This document shows, one piece after another, positions 1-9,540 of a DNA stretch of 46,723 nucleotides. Where the stretch lies: the IMG/VR virus record IMGVR_UViG_647533159_000003, one strand, 5' to 3'. Origin of the DNA: a virus. Lineage: Duplodnaviria > Heunggongvirae > Uroviricota > Caudoviricetes. The translations under genes were made by a program, and so were the position numbers. The notes under the pieces were generated by a model. That model did not search any database. It saw nothing but the letters and a program-made list of their open reading frames with translations, and was not told where the DNA came from. The stretch's first letter is position 1; each line of letters begins with the position of its first letter.

Positions 1-1131
1 TCAAATAACCAGTTTTTTCCACTCCTTACCGCGTGCGTCGTTGTAAATATCGGTCATTTTTTGATTCGAATGACCCAGCAAAATTTTGGTATCAATTCCC
101 TGTTCTCTGAACAATCTTTCTGATAAAGATCTTTGCTCATGGAAAGAGGGTGGAGTGCCATTAGCACGCCAGTTGTAATCCACAGAATCCCGGGCTTTTT
201 TAAATGCAACTGTTAACGTTGCTGGTTTAACCATCCCGCCGCGCTTACCCATCCCCTTAGCGTGATGATGGTGCAATAACCACGGACTAAGGATGTAATC
301 ACGACAGGATGACACCACGTCACCTAGGGTCAGATTTAATTTGTCGCAACGCAGAGCCAGGGGAATGGCTATCCGGGCTCCTGTTTTTTGCTGTTCGACA
401 TGAAGGTAACCATCCCGGATATCCGAAAACTGCATTTTGCAAATATCCGAAAGACGCTGGCCCGTCATCAGTGCCAGCAGCATGCCGCGCTGTAAAAAGT
501 AACCATCCTTTTCCGCTGCGTTATAAATCATCATCCACTCATCAAAAGTCAGTCGCTGTCTTGATATCCGCACTTGCGGTTTTTTTGCCGATTCAGCCGG
601 GTTAAAGCCTGGCGGGACATCACCCGTTTGTTGAGCCTCCCGGAAAACATCGATCAATACCTTCCTGAAAATTTGTCCCATTCTGTTATGTCCCTTTGCC
701 TTGTATTCTTCCAGCACCGATACCACATCTTTTACGGTTATGGCATCTAGCGGCCTGGCTCCAAAACGTTCATCAAACACCCTGAGAGGAGCCGCTTTTT
801 GTTTCAGCGTGCTGAGCTTGATTTCTCCGTTCTCATATCTTTCCTGTTGAATTTTTCTGTAATTATTCAGAAAAATGGAAACGGTTGATGCGCCGCCGGT
901 ATCACTAATAATTTTCTCCTGCAGACTGAGCATTTGCTCCATTTGTTGTCTGGCAAGACGGCTGTTCGCTTCTGCTGCAATGGTTTCCGCCAGTTTCTGG
1001 TCAATACTGCCGAGTCCATGATTTTTACCTGTGATGGGATGCCTGTAACGCCAGTAAACTTTGTTATTTCTTTTGTCAAAATACGGAGATAAACCCGGAA
1101 CATCGGTTTTATATTTTCGCGGGCGCGCCAT
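1..1131 (-). CDS. int: Tyrosine-type phage integrase
   Basis: 376-aa ORF; C-terminal catalytic-type region (HHHAKGMGKRGG ... LLGHSNQKMTDIY); first gene at the prophage edge next to an excisionase-like gene. Confidence 0.9.
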   Translation of the reverse strand: MARPRKYKTDVPGLSPYFDKRNNKVYWRYRHPITGKNHGLGSIDQKLAETIAAEANSRLARQQMEQMLSLQEKIISDTGGASTVSIFLNNYRKIQQERYENGEIKLSTLKQKAAPLRVFDERFGARPLDAITVKDVVSVLEEYKAKGHNRMGQIFRKVLIDVFREAQQTGDVPPGFNPAESAKKPQVRISRQRLTFDEWMMIYNAAEKDGYFLQRGMLLALMTGQRLSDICKMQFSDIRDGYLHVEQQKTGARIAIPLALRCDKLNLTLGDVVSSCRDYILSPWLLHHHHAKGMGKRGGMVKPATLTVAFKKARDSVDYNWRANGTPPSFHEQRSLSERLFREQGIDTKILLGHSNQKMTDIYNDARGKEWKKLVI

Positions 1132-1357
1132 CTTCCAGTATCCTCTTCAAAGCAGGGTGATCTGTGGCGATCACCTCAGGCTTGTTTACCATTCCGACAA
1201 AGCGAGCGCGTGGATCCACTCGCCAGTGCCTTCCTACTTTTTTGGGGAGAGGAAATATCATTCCGGCTTTAGCGTATTTACTTAACGTACCCGGAGTAGG
1301 GACCGGTTCACTGAATTCCTCTTTTGCCCACTCAGTGAGCAGAATAAGTCTTGCCAT
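1109..1357 (-). CDS. xis: Excisionase-like DNA-binding protein
   Basis: 82 aa immediately upstream of and overlapping int; Xis-like motif (IFPLPKKVGRHWRV). Confidence 0.7.
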   Translation of the reverse strand: MARLILLTEWAKEEFSEPVPTPGTLSKYAKAGMIFPLPKKVGRHWRVDPRARFVGMVNKPEVIATDHPALKRILEDGAPAKI

Positions 1358-1421
1358 GAGCGTCGTTCGCTAATCATGGTCGCCGCCACTATAGCTGGTG
1401 GGCGACGACCAGGGTTGAACA

Positions 1422-3896
1422 TTAAAAATCAGCCTGATTCGGGATCAGTTTTTGCCAGATTGCTGAAACGTATTTCGCCTGGTGACGGGCATCATCCAGC
1501 GCATGGTGGCGCACGCCTTCAAATGGAATAACTGTTCTGGCATCGAAGTCGATAGTTTTTCCCAGTTCAACGATTGTACGTACATCGCGATCGTTGTAGT
1601 AACGCCACGGGCAGGGGATGTTCAGGCGTTCGTACGAGGTTCGTAAAATAGTGTTGTCGAAAGTTGCACCATTGCCCCATACCTGAACGAATTTTTCATT
1701 CGAGTACTCATTGATGAATTCCCGAAATTGAATAAGAGCGTCAACCAGTTTTACCTGATCAACTAAAATTGCAGATCTGGCTTCGCTGGACTGAGCAAGC
1801 CACCATTCGATGGTGGAACCATCAGGTACAGCCCCCGTGTCCATAGCGTCAACCAGGCTGATAACGATATAAAATGTTGGCCCGATTTCCCCGGTCTGCG
1901 GATCGAAGAACACAGCACCAATAACCACGATGGGGGCATTACTTTTTTTACCCATCGTTTCAAGGTCGATCATCAGGTGGTACCACACTCTGCTGGTGGA
2001 TGTGCTTTTATGATGACCATTCACATTAATTAAGGGATCTGCCGCCTCACCAGTTTCACTATCGCTGGCGTGGTCCTGAGCGCCGCTAGTGTCCCCCTTG
2101 TGTGGATGTTCAGCGCCTTCCATTTCCTCCGGATCATTTTCCTGAACTTCAACCTGATTCTCTTCATCGAATGTTTCCTGATATGTTGCGTTGCCCATCA
2201 CCGCGCCACAATCAGGGCAGTTGCCGCCACCGCTCTGACCGCAGGCGGTGCAGGTTTTTTCTGGTTCTTGTTGCGCTACTGGTTCGGATTGTTTCGTTTC
2301 TGGCTCGTTTTGTAACGCATTTTGGCTGTTTTGTTCCGCTTTCTGGTCGTTCTGTTCCGTTTCTTGCTGGTTCTGGTACACAGAATCGCGGGTTTCAATC
2401 CCCTTCACCCATTTCGGATCATTCGGGTCGCTAATCCCTGCAACAAATTCTCCGCGAGAGGCAGCAAGCAACTGATTGGCGTCAGGCTGGCTGACTGCCT
2501 GCATAATTTTGTTTACTTCGTCAGCGGTAACTTTTACCGGCTCTGGTTGTGCGGTCGTGTCAGATGCACCAGTATTTTGTTGTGAACCTGAGTATGTGCC
2601 GTTTTTGCGGGCAAAATATTCTTCTTTCGTGATTTCAGTAGCCCCGGCAGCCAGCGCCTTATTCAGACCAGAAAGTTTGTTTGCACGACCATATTTTTCG
2701 CCATCCTTATCGGTGAAGAGGAAGTAGAACGGCCCCTCACGCTCTACAGATGGTTCAGTTTCCAGCGCGCTTTCATTTTTTTTGGTATCAGATACTTCAG
2801 TTTCCACTGCATCAGTTTGTGCTGCTGACGGCTGGAGAATATCAGCAGTGTTCTGGTCTGTTTCTTCATCCTCAAACACGCCCTTTGTCGCCAGGTATTC
2901 AGTGATGTATTTGTTCAGTGCCACGGGATCCTTGTGAATGTCGATCGGACGCTCACGGACAAGGCCAAAAATAGTCTGACGGTCATAGCGAATGGCATCA
3001 GGCTGTTTGCGCATTGATGCGGAAATACGCTTCCAGTCTTCGCGATCGTTCTCGATAACTTCATTTTTTGCCCAGCGATGGATGCTGCCGTCAATGTTTC
3101 CGGCATCAATGTCACTAGGCCACAGAGCGTAGGCCAGTTCATCATCCAATGTTTTCCATGTCTGCTTGTATTCGCGACGAATAACTGCAGTGACAGGGGG
3201 GATTTTTTCTGCTGAGTTTTCAGTGTGCTGTCGGTTGACTCTGGTGCGGGCGAGATCAACAACAGACGTGTATTTTCCAGTCTCTTTGCGCTCCGCGTCC
3301 TGCCGTTTTTTCCAGTTACGTAATTCAGCCTGAATTTCGGGCCATTTGGCACCCGGCTTACATTTGTGTTTACCCCATCCGATAGCGAACAGTTTGCGTT
3401 CCGGATACATAGCGTTAATTTCTGGTGTTTTCATCAGTGCTTCAACGATATGCCCGTCGAATGTCGCCACGTCTTCCTGCAGTAACTCCTGTGCGCTAAT
3501 CACCATATCAACGGTGATGTTTTCACATGTACCGAACTTAACCAGGACCGCGTTCTGTACTTCAAGGGACAGCTTGTCAAAATTGACGTTCATCGGATCG
3601 GATTCTGGTTCGACCGGAATAAAGGAAGCGGATTCCTCATCCCAGCGGTTTTCCTGCATATATTCGGTATCCCAGGAGTCGATAGCAGGGCGGGGCATGC
3701 CGGGTTTATCCTCGCAGACAAGAAATTTATAAGCGCAGTCCTGAGCAGCCGGATATTGCTCCAGGAATTGCCAGGTAAATTTGGCACGGGCGCGGCGTTC
3801 GTCACCGGCTTCAATGGCAGTGGCTACAGCAACTGCACCTTCTTCCTTTATTGCCTGTTCGTCCGGAATGGCGGCGCAAATAAAGACTTTACTCAT
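1422..3896 (-). CDS. Putative exonuclease (C-terminal DEDDh/DnaQ-like 3'-5' exonuclease domain; acidic Q/E-rich linker and Cys4 zinc ribbon)
   Basis: 824-aa ORF in the exo/bet position; C-terminus carries DLETMG ... HHALDDA motifs; central [16 protein letters not shown]. Confidence 0.7.
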   Translation of the reverse strand: MSKVFICAAIPDEQAIKEEGAVAVATAIEAGDERRARAKFTWQFLEQYPAAQDCAYKFLVCEDKPGMPRPAIDSWDTEYMQENRWDEESASFIPVEPESDPMNVNFDKLSLEVQNAVLVKFGTCENITVDMVISAQELLQEDVATFDGHIVEALMKTPEINAMYPERKLFAIGWGKHKCKPGAKWPEIQAELRNWKKRQDAERKETGKYTSVVDLARTRVNRQHTENSAEKIPPVTAVIRREYKQTWKTLDDELAYALWPSDIDAGNIDGSIHRWAKNEVIENDREDWKRISASMRKQPDAIRYDRQTIFGLVRERPIDIHKDPVALNKYITEYLATKGVFEDEETDQNTADILQPSAAQTDAVETEVSDTKKNESALETEPSVEREGPFYFLFTDKDGEKYGRANKLSGLNKALAAGATEITKEEYFARKNGTYSGSQQNTGASDTTAQPEPVKVTADEVNKIMQAVSQPDANQLLAASRGEFVAGISDPNDPKWVKGIETRDSVYQNQQETEQNDQKAEQNSQNALQNEPETKQSEPVAQQEPEKTCTACGQSGGGNCPDCGAVMGNATYQETFDEENQVEVQENDPEEMEGAEHPHKGDTSGAQDHASDSETGEAADPLINVNGHHKSTSTSRVWYHLMIDLETMGKKSNAPIVVIGAVFFDPQTGEIGPTFYIVISLVDAMDTGAVPDGSTIEWWLAQSSEARSAILVDQVKLVDALIQFREFINEYSNEKFVQVWGNGATFDNTILRTSYERLNIPCPWRYYNDRDVRTIVELGKTIDFDARTVIPFEGVRHHALDDARHQAKYVSAIWQKLIPNQADF

Positions 3897-3976
3897 TTTG
3901 TTTTAACCTCATTACAGATTTAAGGGTGAACAAATCCCTGCCATTGCTGGCATCTAAAAATGAAACCGGATATTAA

Positions 3977-4180
3977 TTACGGTGCTGCTTTAAGTCCTGC
4001 CGGGATTTCGTTATTGTCCATGCGAATAACTTTATCAACCGGATAACAGTTGCCGGGAATTTTCTGTTCCGCTGCGGCAGCCATGCATTCTTTCATTGAG
4101 TCATGTATACCAATAACAAGATCGACTGGTTCGCCTGTATTAAGAAAAACTGTCAGAACGAGTGCAAATGCTGTATTCAT
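3977..4180 (-). CDS. Small protein with hydrophobic N-terminus (putative secreted/membrane), unknown function
   Basis: 67 aa from ATG 4180 (MNTAFALVLTVFLNTG...); SD-like AAGGACG upstream; 2-nt spacing to the upstream gene. Confidence 0.4.
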   Translation of the reverse strand: MNTAFALVLTVFLNTGEPVDLVIGIHDSMKECMAAAAEQKIPGNCYPVDKVIRMDNNEIPAGLKAAP

Positions 4181-4182
4181 TG

Positions 4183-4365
4183 TCAGCGTCCTTTTTGCAT
4201 CAGGCGTAAACGGGCCAGCATTGAAACAATGCATATTTGATTTAATAGCTCCCGTTCGTGTTTTCTCTTATTAATGGCATCTTCAGTAAATACAGGGTTA
4301 CTGATTCTGACACCAATTTCAAAACAACCTTCAGACGTATTGACGTTTGGTAATAACGTTTCCAT
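4183..4365 (-). CDS. Small hypothetical early protein
   Basis: 60 aa from ATG 4365 with GAGGA SD 8 nt upstream; coupled to the downstream small gene. Confidence 0.35.
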   Translation of the reverse strand: METLLPNVNTSEGCFEIGVRISNPVFTEDAINKRKHERELLNQICIVSMLARLRLMQKGR

Positions 4366-4544
4366 TATCGCGTCCTCAACAATGAATTTTGTGATGCGGT
4401 GCCTGGTGCCTCCAGGTGACGTTAACCAGTTAATAATTAACGCCGGATACAGAGAACCCACCCATAAGAACCAATACGGAAGTCAACTGGCCTTTTTAAC
4501 TGTTCCGCGTGCGCTGAGCCGCATTCACCGCATCACAAAATTCA

Positions 4545-4591
4545 CTTTAAAAAGGGCGGGTATCACGGGGAAAACAAAACGGATACCCGCC
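4545..4591 (-). terminator. Hairpin plus T-tract (minus strand), putative early-left terminator
   Basis: 10-bp inverted repeat GGCGGGTATC/GATACCCGCC (4555-4564 / 4582-4591) followed on the minus strand by TTTTTAAAG. Confidence 0.4.
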
Positions 4592-4932
4592 AAAAGGTAA
4601 TCAACATGGGTTGTTGTGGCGGGGTTGTCACTCAGGCGTATGGTCAACCTGACAACCCGGTGCCACTAATGGGGTAAGGATAACCCCGCCATACTTACCG
4701 CCGCGCCATTTCGCGGATTGCCACAACCGGAAGCGCACGGTCGAATTAAATTTAACGACACCGTACAGACAGAAGAACTTCGCCGTGCGCTTTCGCGTTA
4801 TGCCCTGACTTTTCAGGGATATATCCTTTCAGTAAACTGTCAGTGCCGGATTCTTATCCGTGTCCGGCGCACGACTACACGTGGCAGCGTGTTGGTCTCC
4901 ATTTTTAACCCAGAACCTCAATGGAGGATAAA

Positions 4933-5142
4933 ATGCCAAACAGACCAATACATCCGCTTATTGAAAAACAGATTGAATGTCTGGTTAATCAACTCAGGCA
5001 ATCAGGGTTATTAAAAAACCATTCAGAGTTAAGGCTCACGAAATCAGCATTTGACGATAAATTAAACAATGTGCTTTATAATGGCATCATTGATTACAAT
5101 CGTGGTGTTGGTCGTCGTGGCCCTGCTGGCACCGCCCTGTAA
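4933..5142 (+). CDS. Hypothetical 69-aa protein, convergent partner of the 212-aa gene
   Basis: ATG 4933 preceded by GGAGGA (4923-4928); AT-rich; stop codon abuts the stop of the minus-strand gene. Confidence 0.35.
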   Translation: MPNRPIHPLIEKQIECLVNQLRQSGLLKNHSELRLTKSAFDDKLNNVLYNGIIDYNRGVGRRGPAGTAL

Positions 5143-5781
5143 TTACCAGTCAATCCAGAGCGGATAGTGTTCAGCGTAAATATAGCTGTATACATCAAGG
5201 TTGTATTTGTGGTCTGCTTTTAACAGGTCACAAATACATGTTGCTGCTTCCAGGGCTGAAGCTCTGTTACTGAACATCCACGTCGCAACATTCCAGCTAT
5301 TCTCTGTATCCCATTCTTTCGCAAGAGTTGACACTCTGAAGGATCCGTTGGCGTTGCCATCAAATACTTCTGTTTCCAGGTTCTTAAGCAATGCCTGATG
5401 AACTTTTGTCAGGTATTCAGCCGGAATCTTGCCACGGATTCTGATGAGATTGTCATAAACAAACATATTTCCCGCGTATGGCGATTTTTCTTTCTTGTTT
5501 TTTAAACCAGCATCATGAGCAAACTGATCAATTTCTTCTTTCATTGGTTTCGTATTGATGTTTTGCGCTGTCGTTTCTGCAATTTTCTTTGCCACACTCT
5601 CTGAGTCGTGTTTATTTACAGACGAACAGAAATACAATCCGGTAAACGCATCGCGCACATTACGAGCCATATTATCAATGTCTTTCTTCGTTGCAGATTC
5701 TAATTCAACTTCGGACAGACGTTGACAAAGTGCATGCGCTGCAATCACCTTGATTTCTTTTGGTAACTCTTTAAATTCCAT
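5143..5781 (-). CDS. Hypothetical protein, 212 aa (accessory gene in early-left operon)
   Basis: Long clean ORF, AT-rich relative to its flanks, no motif recognised. Confidence 0.7.
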   Translation of the reverse strand: MEFKELPKEIKVIAAHALCQRLSEVELESATKKDIDNMARNVRDAFTGLYFCSSVNKHDSESVAKKIAETTAQNINTKPMKEEIDQFAHDAGLKNKKEKSPYAGNMFVYDNLIRIRGKIPAEYLTKVHQALLKNLETEVFDGNANGSFRVSTLAKEWDTENSWNVATWMFSNRASALEAATCICDLLKADHKYNLDVYSYIYAEHYPLWIDW

Positions 5782-5792
5782 CTATAACCCCG

Positions 5793-5921
5793 TTAGTCGA
5801 TAGATTTTGCCGAACTGGAAAGCGCCTGTTTAAACTCACTGAAGCTGAGAGCTTCTTCGCCTTCGGCAAGGCCTTCGAAGTATTCTTCGTAAGCCTTTTC
5901 CATGATTGTGTCGAAATCCAT
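5793..5921 (-). CDS. Small acidic hypothetical protein (42 aa)
   Basis: MDFDTIMEKAYEEYFEGLAEGEE...; AGGTGA SD; ATG lies 1 nt after the stop of the upstream gene (GGTGAGTGATATG). Confidence 0.4.
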   Translation of the reverse strand: MDFDTIMEKAYEEYFEGLAEGEEALSFSEFKQALSSSAKSID

Positions 5922-5922
5922 A

Positions 5923-6078
5923 TCACTCACCTGAATTTCTTTCCAGCCAGCGACGTGCGCCAGATTCGGTTTTAAACGTTTTGCTTTTGGTATACGTCAT
6001 CGCGGTGAATGTGCCGTCCTGGTTGGGAAACACGCCGTATACCAGAGATTCGTTGTTGCCAAGATCGATAGTATCCAT
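5923..6078 (-). CDS. Small protein resembling the Rac-prophage YdaF/DUF1391 family (51 aa)
   Basis: MDTIDLGNNESLVYGVFPNQDGTFTAMTYTKSKTFKTESGARRWLERNSGE; GAGGT SD 6 nt upstream; first gene downstream of the PL-like promoter. Confidence 0.55.
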   Translation of the reverse strand: MDTIDLGNNESLVYGVFPNQDGTFTAMTYTKSKTFKTESGARRWLERNSGE

Positions 6079-6151
6079 GCTGACCTCATTTCCCCTTAAC
6101 GCCGGGGTGGCGGAACTAAGACCTGTCGCACCGTTGTGCTTTGATGACTGA

Positions 6152-6179
6152 ATGATACTACCTGAAGTAGATGTGTCAA
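6152..6179 (-). promoter_or_regulatory. PL-like sigma70 promoter (leftward) with operator-like TGTAG/CTACA repeats
   Basis: Minus strand reads TTGACA-16 nt-TATCAT; flanked by CTCTAC/CATCTAC/GGTAG motifs that recur at the PR-like promoter. Confidence 0.5.
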
Positions 6180-6232
6180 CACTAAAAGTAGAGTTTATTG
6201 TGTTTTTGTCTACATAAAGTTGTTTTTTAAGG

Positions 6233-6258
6233 CAAAAAAAACCCGGCAATGCCGGGGG
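6233..6258 (-). terminator. Rho-independent terminator after the repressor gene
   Basis: Minus strand: CCCGGC-ATT-GCCGGG hairpin followed by an 8-T run. Confidence 0.75.
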
Positions 6259-6274
6259 TTGTTAACAGATAAAG

Positions 6275-6763
6275 TCACTCAGAAGGTGGTGGGGTGCTGG
6301 CGTATTTCTCGTAGAAATCGTAAAGTTTCTTGAGTCTCATCTCAAAAGCCAGAAGCATATTCCTGGCTTCAACTGGCGGAAACTCCCGAAACGTTCGTAT
6401 CAGCCGCTTTTCATCTTCACTTAACTCAGTAAATTCGCCATTGCTATTGGCACCAGATCTTTGTGTTACAAATGAATCTTCTGCTGGTTCAATTCCTTTC
6501 TCTGTTGGCTGACCGTATTCCAGCCATGCAGGTTCAACTCCCAGAAATTCTGCTATTCGTTCGAGTTTTTCGTCGCGGGGTTTAGCTGTACCTAGGGTGT
6601 AGCGCCGCGCCATTTCGTATGTGACGCCCGTAGATAAGCTTAAGTCTTTGATGGATTTGTTTTTTCTATCCATTTCTGACTTAAGTCTTGTTGCGAATGC
6701 GTGATGTTTATGTGCGTTTTCTACCATATGTAGAAGATTAAAGCAGTTGCCTTGATTCGTCAT
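6275..6763 (-). CDS. Phage repressor, HTH XRE family (cI/RacR functional analogue)
   Basis: HTH region AFATRLKSEMDRKNKSIKDLSLSTGVTYEMARRY; divergent from a Cro-like gene. Start uncertain (ATG 6763 or 6727, possibly leaderless); the 6784 TTG overlaps the PR -35. Confidence 0.8.
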   Translation of the reverse strand: MTNQGNCFNLLHMVENAHKHHAFATRLKSEMDRKNKSIKDLSLSTGVTYEMARRYTLGTAKPRDEKLERIAEFLGVEPAWLEYGQPTEKGIEPAEDSFVTQRSGANSNGEFTELSEDEKRLIRTFREFPPVEARNMLLAFEMRLKKLYDFYEKYASTPPPSE

Positions 6764-6778
6764 TTCTATTTTGTGTAG

Positions 6779-6806
6779 TTGCAAATTCTACTTTATGTAG
6801 TATTAT
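6779..6806 (+). promoter_or_regulatory. PR-like sigma70 promoter (rightward) overlapping palindromic operator motifs
   Basis: TTGCAA (6779-6784)-16 nt-TATTAT (6801-6806); GTAGTTGCAAATTCTAC and TACTTTATGTAGTA partial palindromes overlap it. Confidence 0.55.
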
Positions 6807-6833
6807 TCTCTCGTTCTTGAAATGGAGCTAACG

Positions 6834-7118
6834 ATGAGCACTACATACAAAAACATTACAGAAAAGGCAGTTATGGCTATTGGTTCTCCCTCTGCTGTAA
6901 GTCGCATGTTTGGTTTCAAATCGCCTCAATCCATTTTTAATTGGATTATCAGGAACAGGGTTCCTAGTGAGAGGGTTATTAGGCTTTGTGAGCTTGGGGA
7001 ATGGATTGTTACTCCGCATGATCTCCGGCCTGATTTGCACCCTACTCCAGTTAGTGGGATTCCAGAAGAAGTTATCAGATCCAAAAAAATAGGGTTGATT
7101 CATGAAAATCAAGCATGA
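6834..7118 (+). CDS. Cro-like HTH regulator, YdaS family
   Basis: GGAG SD then ATG 6834; HTH ...SAVSRMFGFKSPQSIFNWI... and HDLRPDL motif; first gene of the rightward operon. Confidence 0.75.
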   Translation: MSTTYKNITEKAVMAIGSPSAVSRMFGFKSPQSIFNWIIRNRVPSERVIRLCELGEWIVTPHDLRPDLHPTPVSGIPEEVIRSKKIGLIHENQA

Positions 7119-7527
7119 ACACATCCGCATGGCGATGAATGCCTGGGCGCATCCGGACGGTGAAAAAGTTCCGGCAGCTGAAATAACCCGGGCTTATTTT
7201 GAGCTGGGTATGACGTTCCCGGAGCTATATGACGACAGGCATCCGGAAGCCCTGGCTCGCAATACTCAGAAAATTTTCCGCTGGGTGGAGAAAGACACCC
7301 CTGATGCGGTTAAGAAAATTCAGGCGTTGTTACCAGCTATCGAAAAAGCAATGCCGCCTCTGCTGGTGGCCCGAATGCGCAGCCACAGTTCAGCCTATTT
7401 TCGGGAGCTGGTGGAGACGCGGGAACGACTGGTGAGAGACGCTGATGATTTTGTCGCAGTGGCGATCGCTGGTTTCAACCAGATGAATCGTGGTGGCCCG
7501 GCGGGAAATATTGTGGTTGTGCATTGA
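7102..7527 (+). CDS. YdaT-like protein (reported CII functional analogue / toxic when derepressed)
   Basis: N-terminus MKIKHEHI..., 141 aa, directly after the YdaS-like gene. Confidence 0.7.
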   Translation: MKIKHEHIRMAMNAWAHPDGEKVPAAEITRAYFELGMTFPELYDDRHPEALARNTQKIFRWVEKDTPDAVKKIQALLPAIEKAMPPLLVARMRSHSSAYFRELVETRERLVRDADDFVAVAIAGFNQMNRGGPAGNIVVVH

Positions 7528-7598
7528 CTGACAATATTCATACCGGATCGCTTCCGGCAATTCGTGAATAAAAAGATTCGGTATCAGAAGAGGTGAGT

Positions 7599-8546
7599 AT
7601 GGCTAACGCCTGGCTCAGATTATGGCATGACATGCCAAATGATCCTAAGTGGCGAACAATTTCCAGGGTGTCAGGACAGCCAATCGCAACAGTGATGGCT
7701 GTGTATATCCACCTTCTGGTGAGCGCGTCACGAAATGTCACGACATGTCACGGCGTGTCACTACGTGGTCACATTGATGTCACGACGGAAGATTTAGCAA
7801 GTGCGCTTGATGTGACGGAAGAAGTAATTGATTCAATTTTACAGGCAATGCAGGGGCGGGTACTTGATGGAGATTTAATCTCTGGATGGGAAAAACGCCA
7901 GGTACTGAAAGAGGACAATGGCAACGTTTCACAAACCGCGAAATCCCCGGCAGAGCGCAAGAGAGCGCAGCGCGAGAGGGAAAAATTACGAAAACAGAAT
8001 GAGGGGGGTCATGACGAGTCACGCATATGTCACGACATGTCACGACGAGTCACGACAGATAAAGATACAGATAAAGAATTAAACCCCACACATAACGCGC
8101 GCGTGTGCGAGAGTGCTCCGACCAGTGAGTCGAATGGCGTGCCGTTGCAGGCAGCGGAACCTGATTACCTGGAAGGCCTGAGCGAACCCATCGGGAAATT
8201 TCCGATGACTGATGGCTGGCATCCGTCGCCGGATTTTCGACGGCGGGCAGCTCTGTGGGGAGTGGCTCTGCCGGAGCCGGAATTTACACCAGCTGAACTT
8301 GCCGCCTTCCGGGACTACTGGGCAGCGGAGGGCAAAGTGTTCACGCAGGTTCAGTGGGAGCAGAAATTCGCCCGTCACGTAAATCACGTCAGGGCGCAGG
8401 TTAAACCAGTCAGCAAGGGGGTAAACCATGCAGCAACGCCAGGTGGCACCGCATCACGGGCAGTTCAGGAAATTCGGGCAGCACGTGAGCAGTGGGAACG
8501 TGAAAACGGATTTATCAGCGACGGAAACGGCGTGGAAGCTGTGGGA
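7599..8546 (+). CDS. Replication initiation protein (DUF1376-type N-terminus, DnaT-like C-terminal region); 3' end lost in N run
   Basis: MANAWLRLWHDMPNDPKWRTI... N-terminus; iteron clusters embedded in the gene; AGAGG SD before ATG 7599. Confidence 0.7.
7724..7788 (+). repeat. Iteron cluster 1 (about 6 copies of a GTCAC(G) motif), putative ori
   Basis: gtcacgaaatgtcacgacatgtcacggcgtgtcactacgtggtcacattgatgtcacgacgg. Confidence 0.6.
8008..8056 (+). repeat. Iteron cluster 2 (about 5 copies of GTCACGAC-like motif)
   Basis: gtcatgacgagtcacgcatatgtcacgacatgtcacgacgagtcacgac, about 220 bp downstream of cluster 1. Confidence 0.6.
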
Positions 8547-9391
8547 NNNNNNNNNNNNNNNNNNNNNNNNNNNNNNNNNNNNNNNNNNNNNNNNNNNNNN
8601 NNNNNNNNNNNNNNNNNNNNNNNNNNNNNNNNNNNNNNNNNNNNNNNNNNNNNNNNNNNNNNNNNNNNNNNNNNNNNNNNNNNNNNNNNNNNNNNNNNNN
8701 NNNNNNNNNNNNNNNNNNNNNNNNNNNNNNNNNNNNNNNNNNNNNNNNNNNNNNNNNNNNNNNNNNNNNNNNNNNNNNNNNNNNNNNNNNNNNNNNNNNN
8801 NNNNNNNNNNNNNNNNNNNNNNNNNNNNNNNNNNNNNNNNNNNNNNNNNNNNNNNNNNNNNNNNNNNNNNNNNNNNNNNNNNNNNNNNNNNNNNNNNNNN
8901 NNNNNNNNNNNNNNNNNNNNNNNNNNNNNNNNNNNNNNNNNNNNNNNNNNNNNNNNNNNNNNNNNNNNNNNNNNNNNNNNNNNNNNNNNNNNNNNNNNNN
9001 NNNNNNNNNNNNNNNNNNNNNNNNNNNNNNNNNNNNNNNNNNNNNNNNNNNNNNNNNNNNNNNNNNNNNNNNNNNNNNNNNNNNNNNNNNNNNNNNNNNN
9101 NNNNNNNNNNNNNNNNNNNNNNNNNNNNNNNNNNNNNNNNNNNNNNNNNNNNNNNNNNNNNNNNNNNNNNNNNNNNNNNNNNNNNNNNNNNNNNNNNNNN
9201 NNNNNNNNNNNNNNNNNNNNNNNNNNNNNNNNNNNNNNNNNNNNNNNNNNNNNNNNNNNNNNNNNNNNNNNNNNNNNNNNNNNNNNNNNNNNNNNNNNNN
9301 NNNNNNNNNNNNNNNNNNNNNNNNNNNNNNNNNNNNNNNNNNNNNNNNNNNNNNNNNNNNNNNNNNNNNNNNNNNNNNNNNNNNNNNNNNN
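8547..9391. other. Run of 845 N (assembly gap or masked sequence)
   Basis: Uninterrupted n characters; length not a multiple of 3, so the reading frame is not preserved across it. Confidence 0.99.
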
Positions 9392-9540
9392 CATCGCTGC
9401 ATATGGCAAACCGCGAACTGCGTCGGGCGAAAAGTCATGTCCAGAAGTGGGAGCGAGTCTGCGCCGCGCTGCGGGAGCTGAATAAATATCGCGATATTGT
9501 CGCCCAGCTTTGCCAGGAGGAAACCAGTGAGCAACATTAA
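9392..9540 (+). CDS. 3' end of a gene truncated by the N run (or an independent 45-aa ORF from ATG 9403)
   Basis: In-frame ...SLHMANRELRRAKSHVQKWERVCAALRELNKYRDIVAQLCQEETSEQH ending at TAA 9538-9540. Confidence 0.3.

Noticed and set aside
2070-3732. Several plus-strand ORFs of 75-145 aa inside the exonuclease gene (e.g. 2102-2434, 2322-2585, 3346-3732)
   Set aside because: They lie antisense to a long gene with clear domain content, have low-complexity Cys/Phe/Leu-rich translations and no RBS; shadow ORFs.
6782-6784. TTG start for the repressor as given in the ORF track
   Set aside because: This TTG is the first half of the TTGCAA -35 hexamer of the divergent PR-like promoter; a downstream ATG (6763 or 6727) is more plausible.
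7724-8056. CRISPR-like array
   Set aside because: The repeats are 6-10 bp iteron motifs without regular spacers, and they lie inside a replication gene.
7593-9540. Long ORFs in the track that run through the first N run (7593-9485, 8428-9540, 8465-9409, 8515-9537)
   Set aside because: Their length comes from N translated as X; only the flanking real sequence was annotated.
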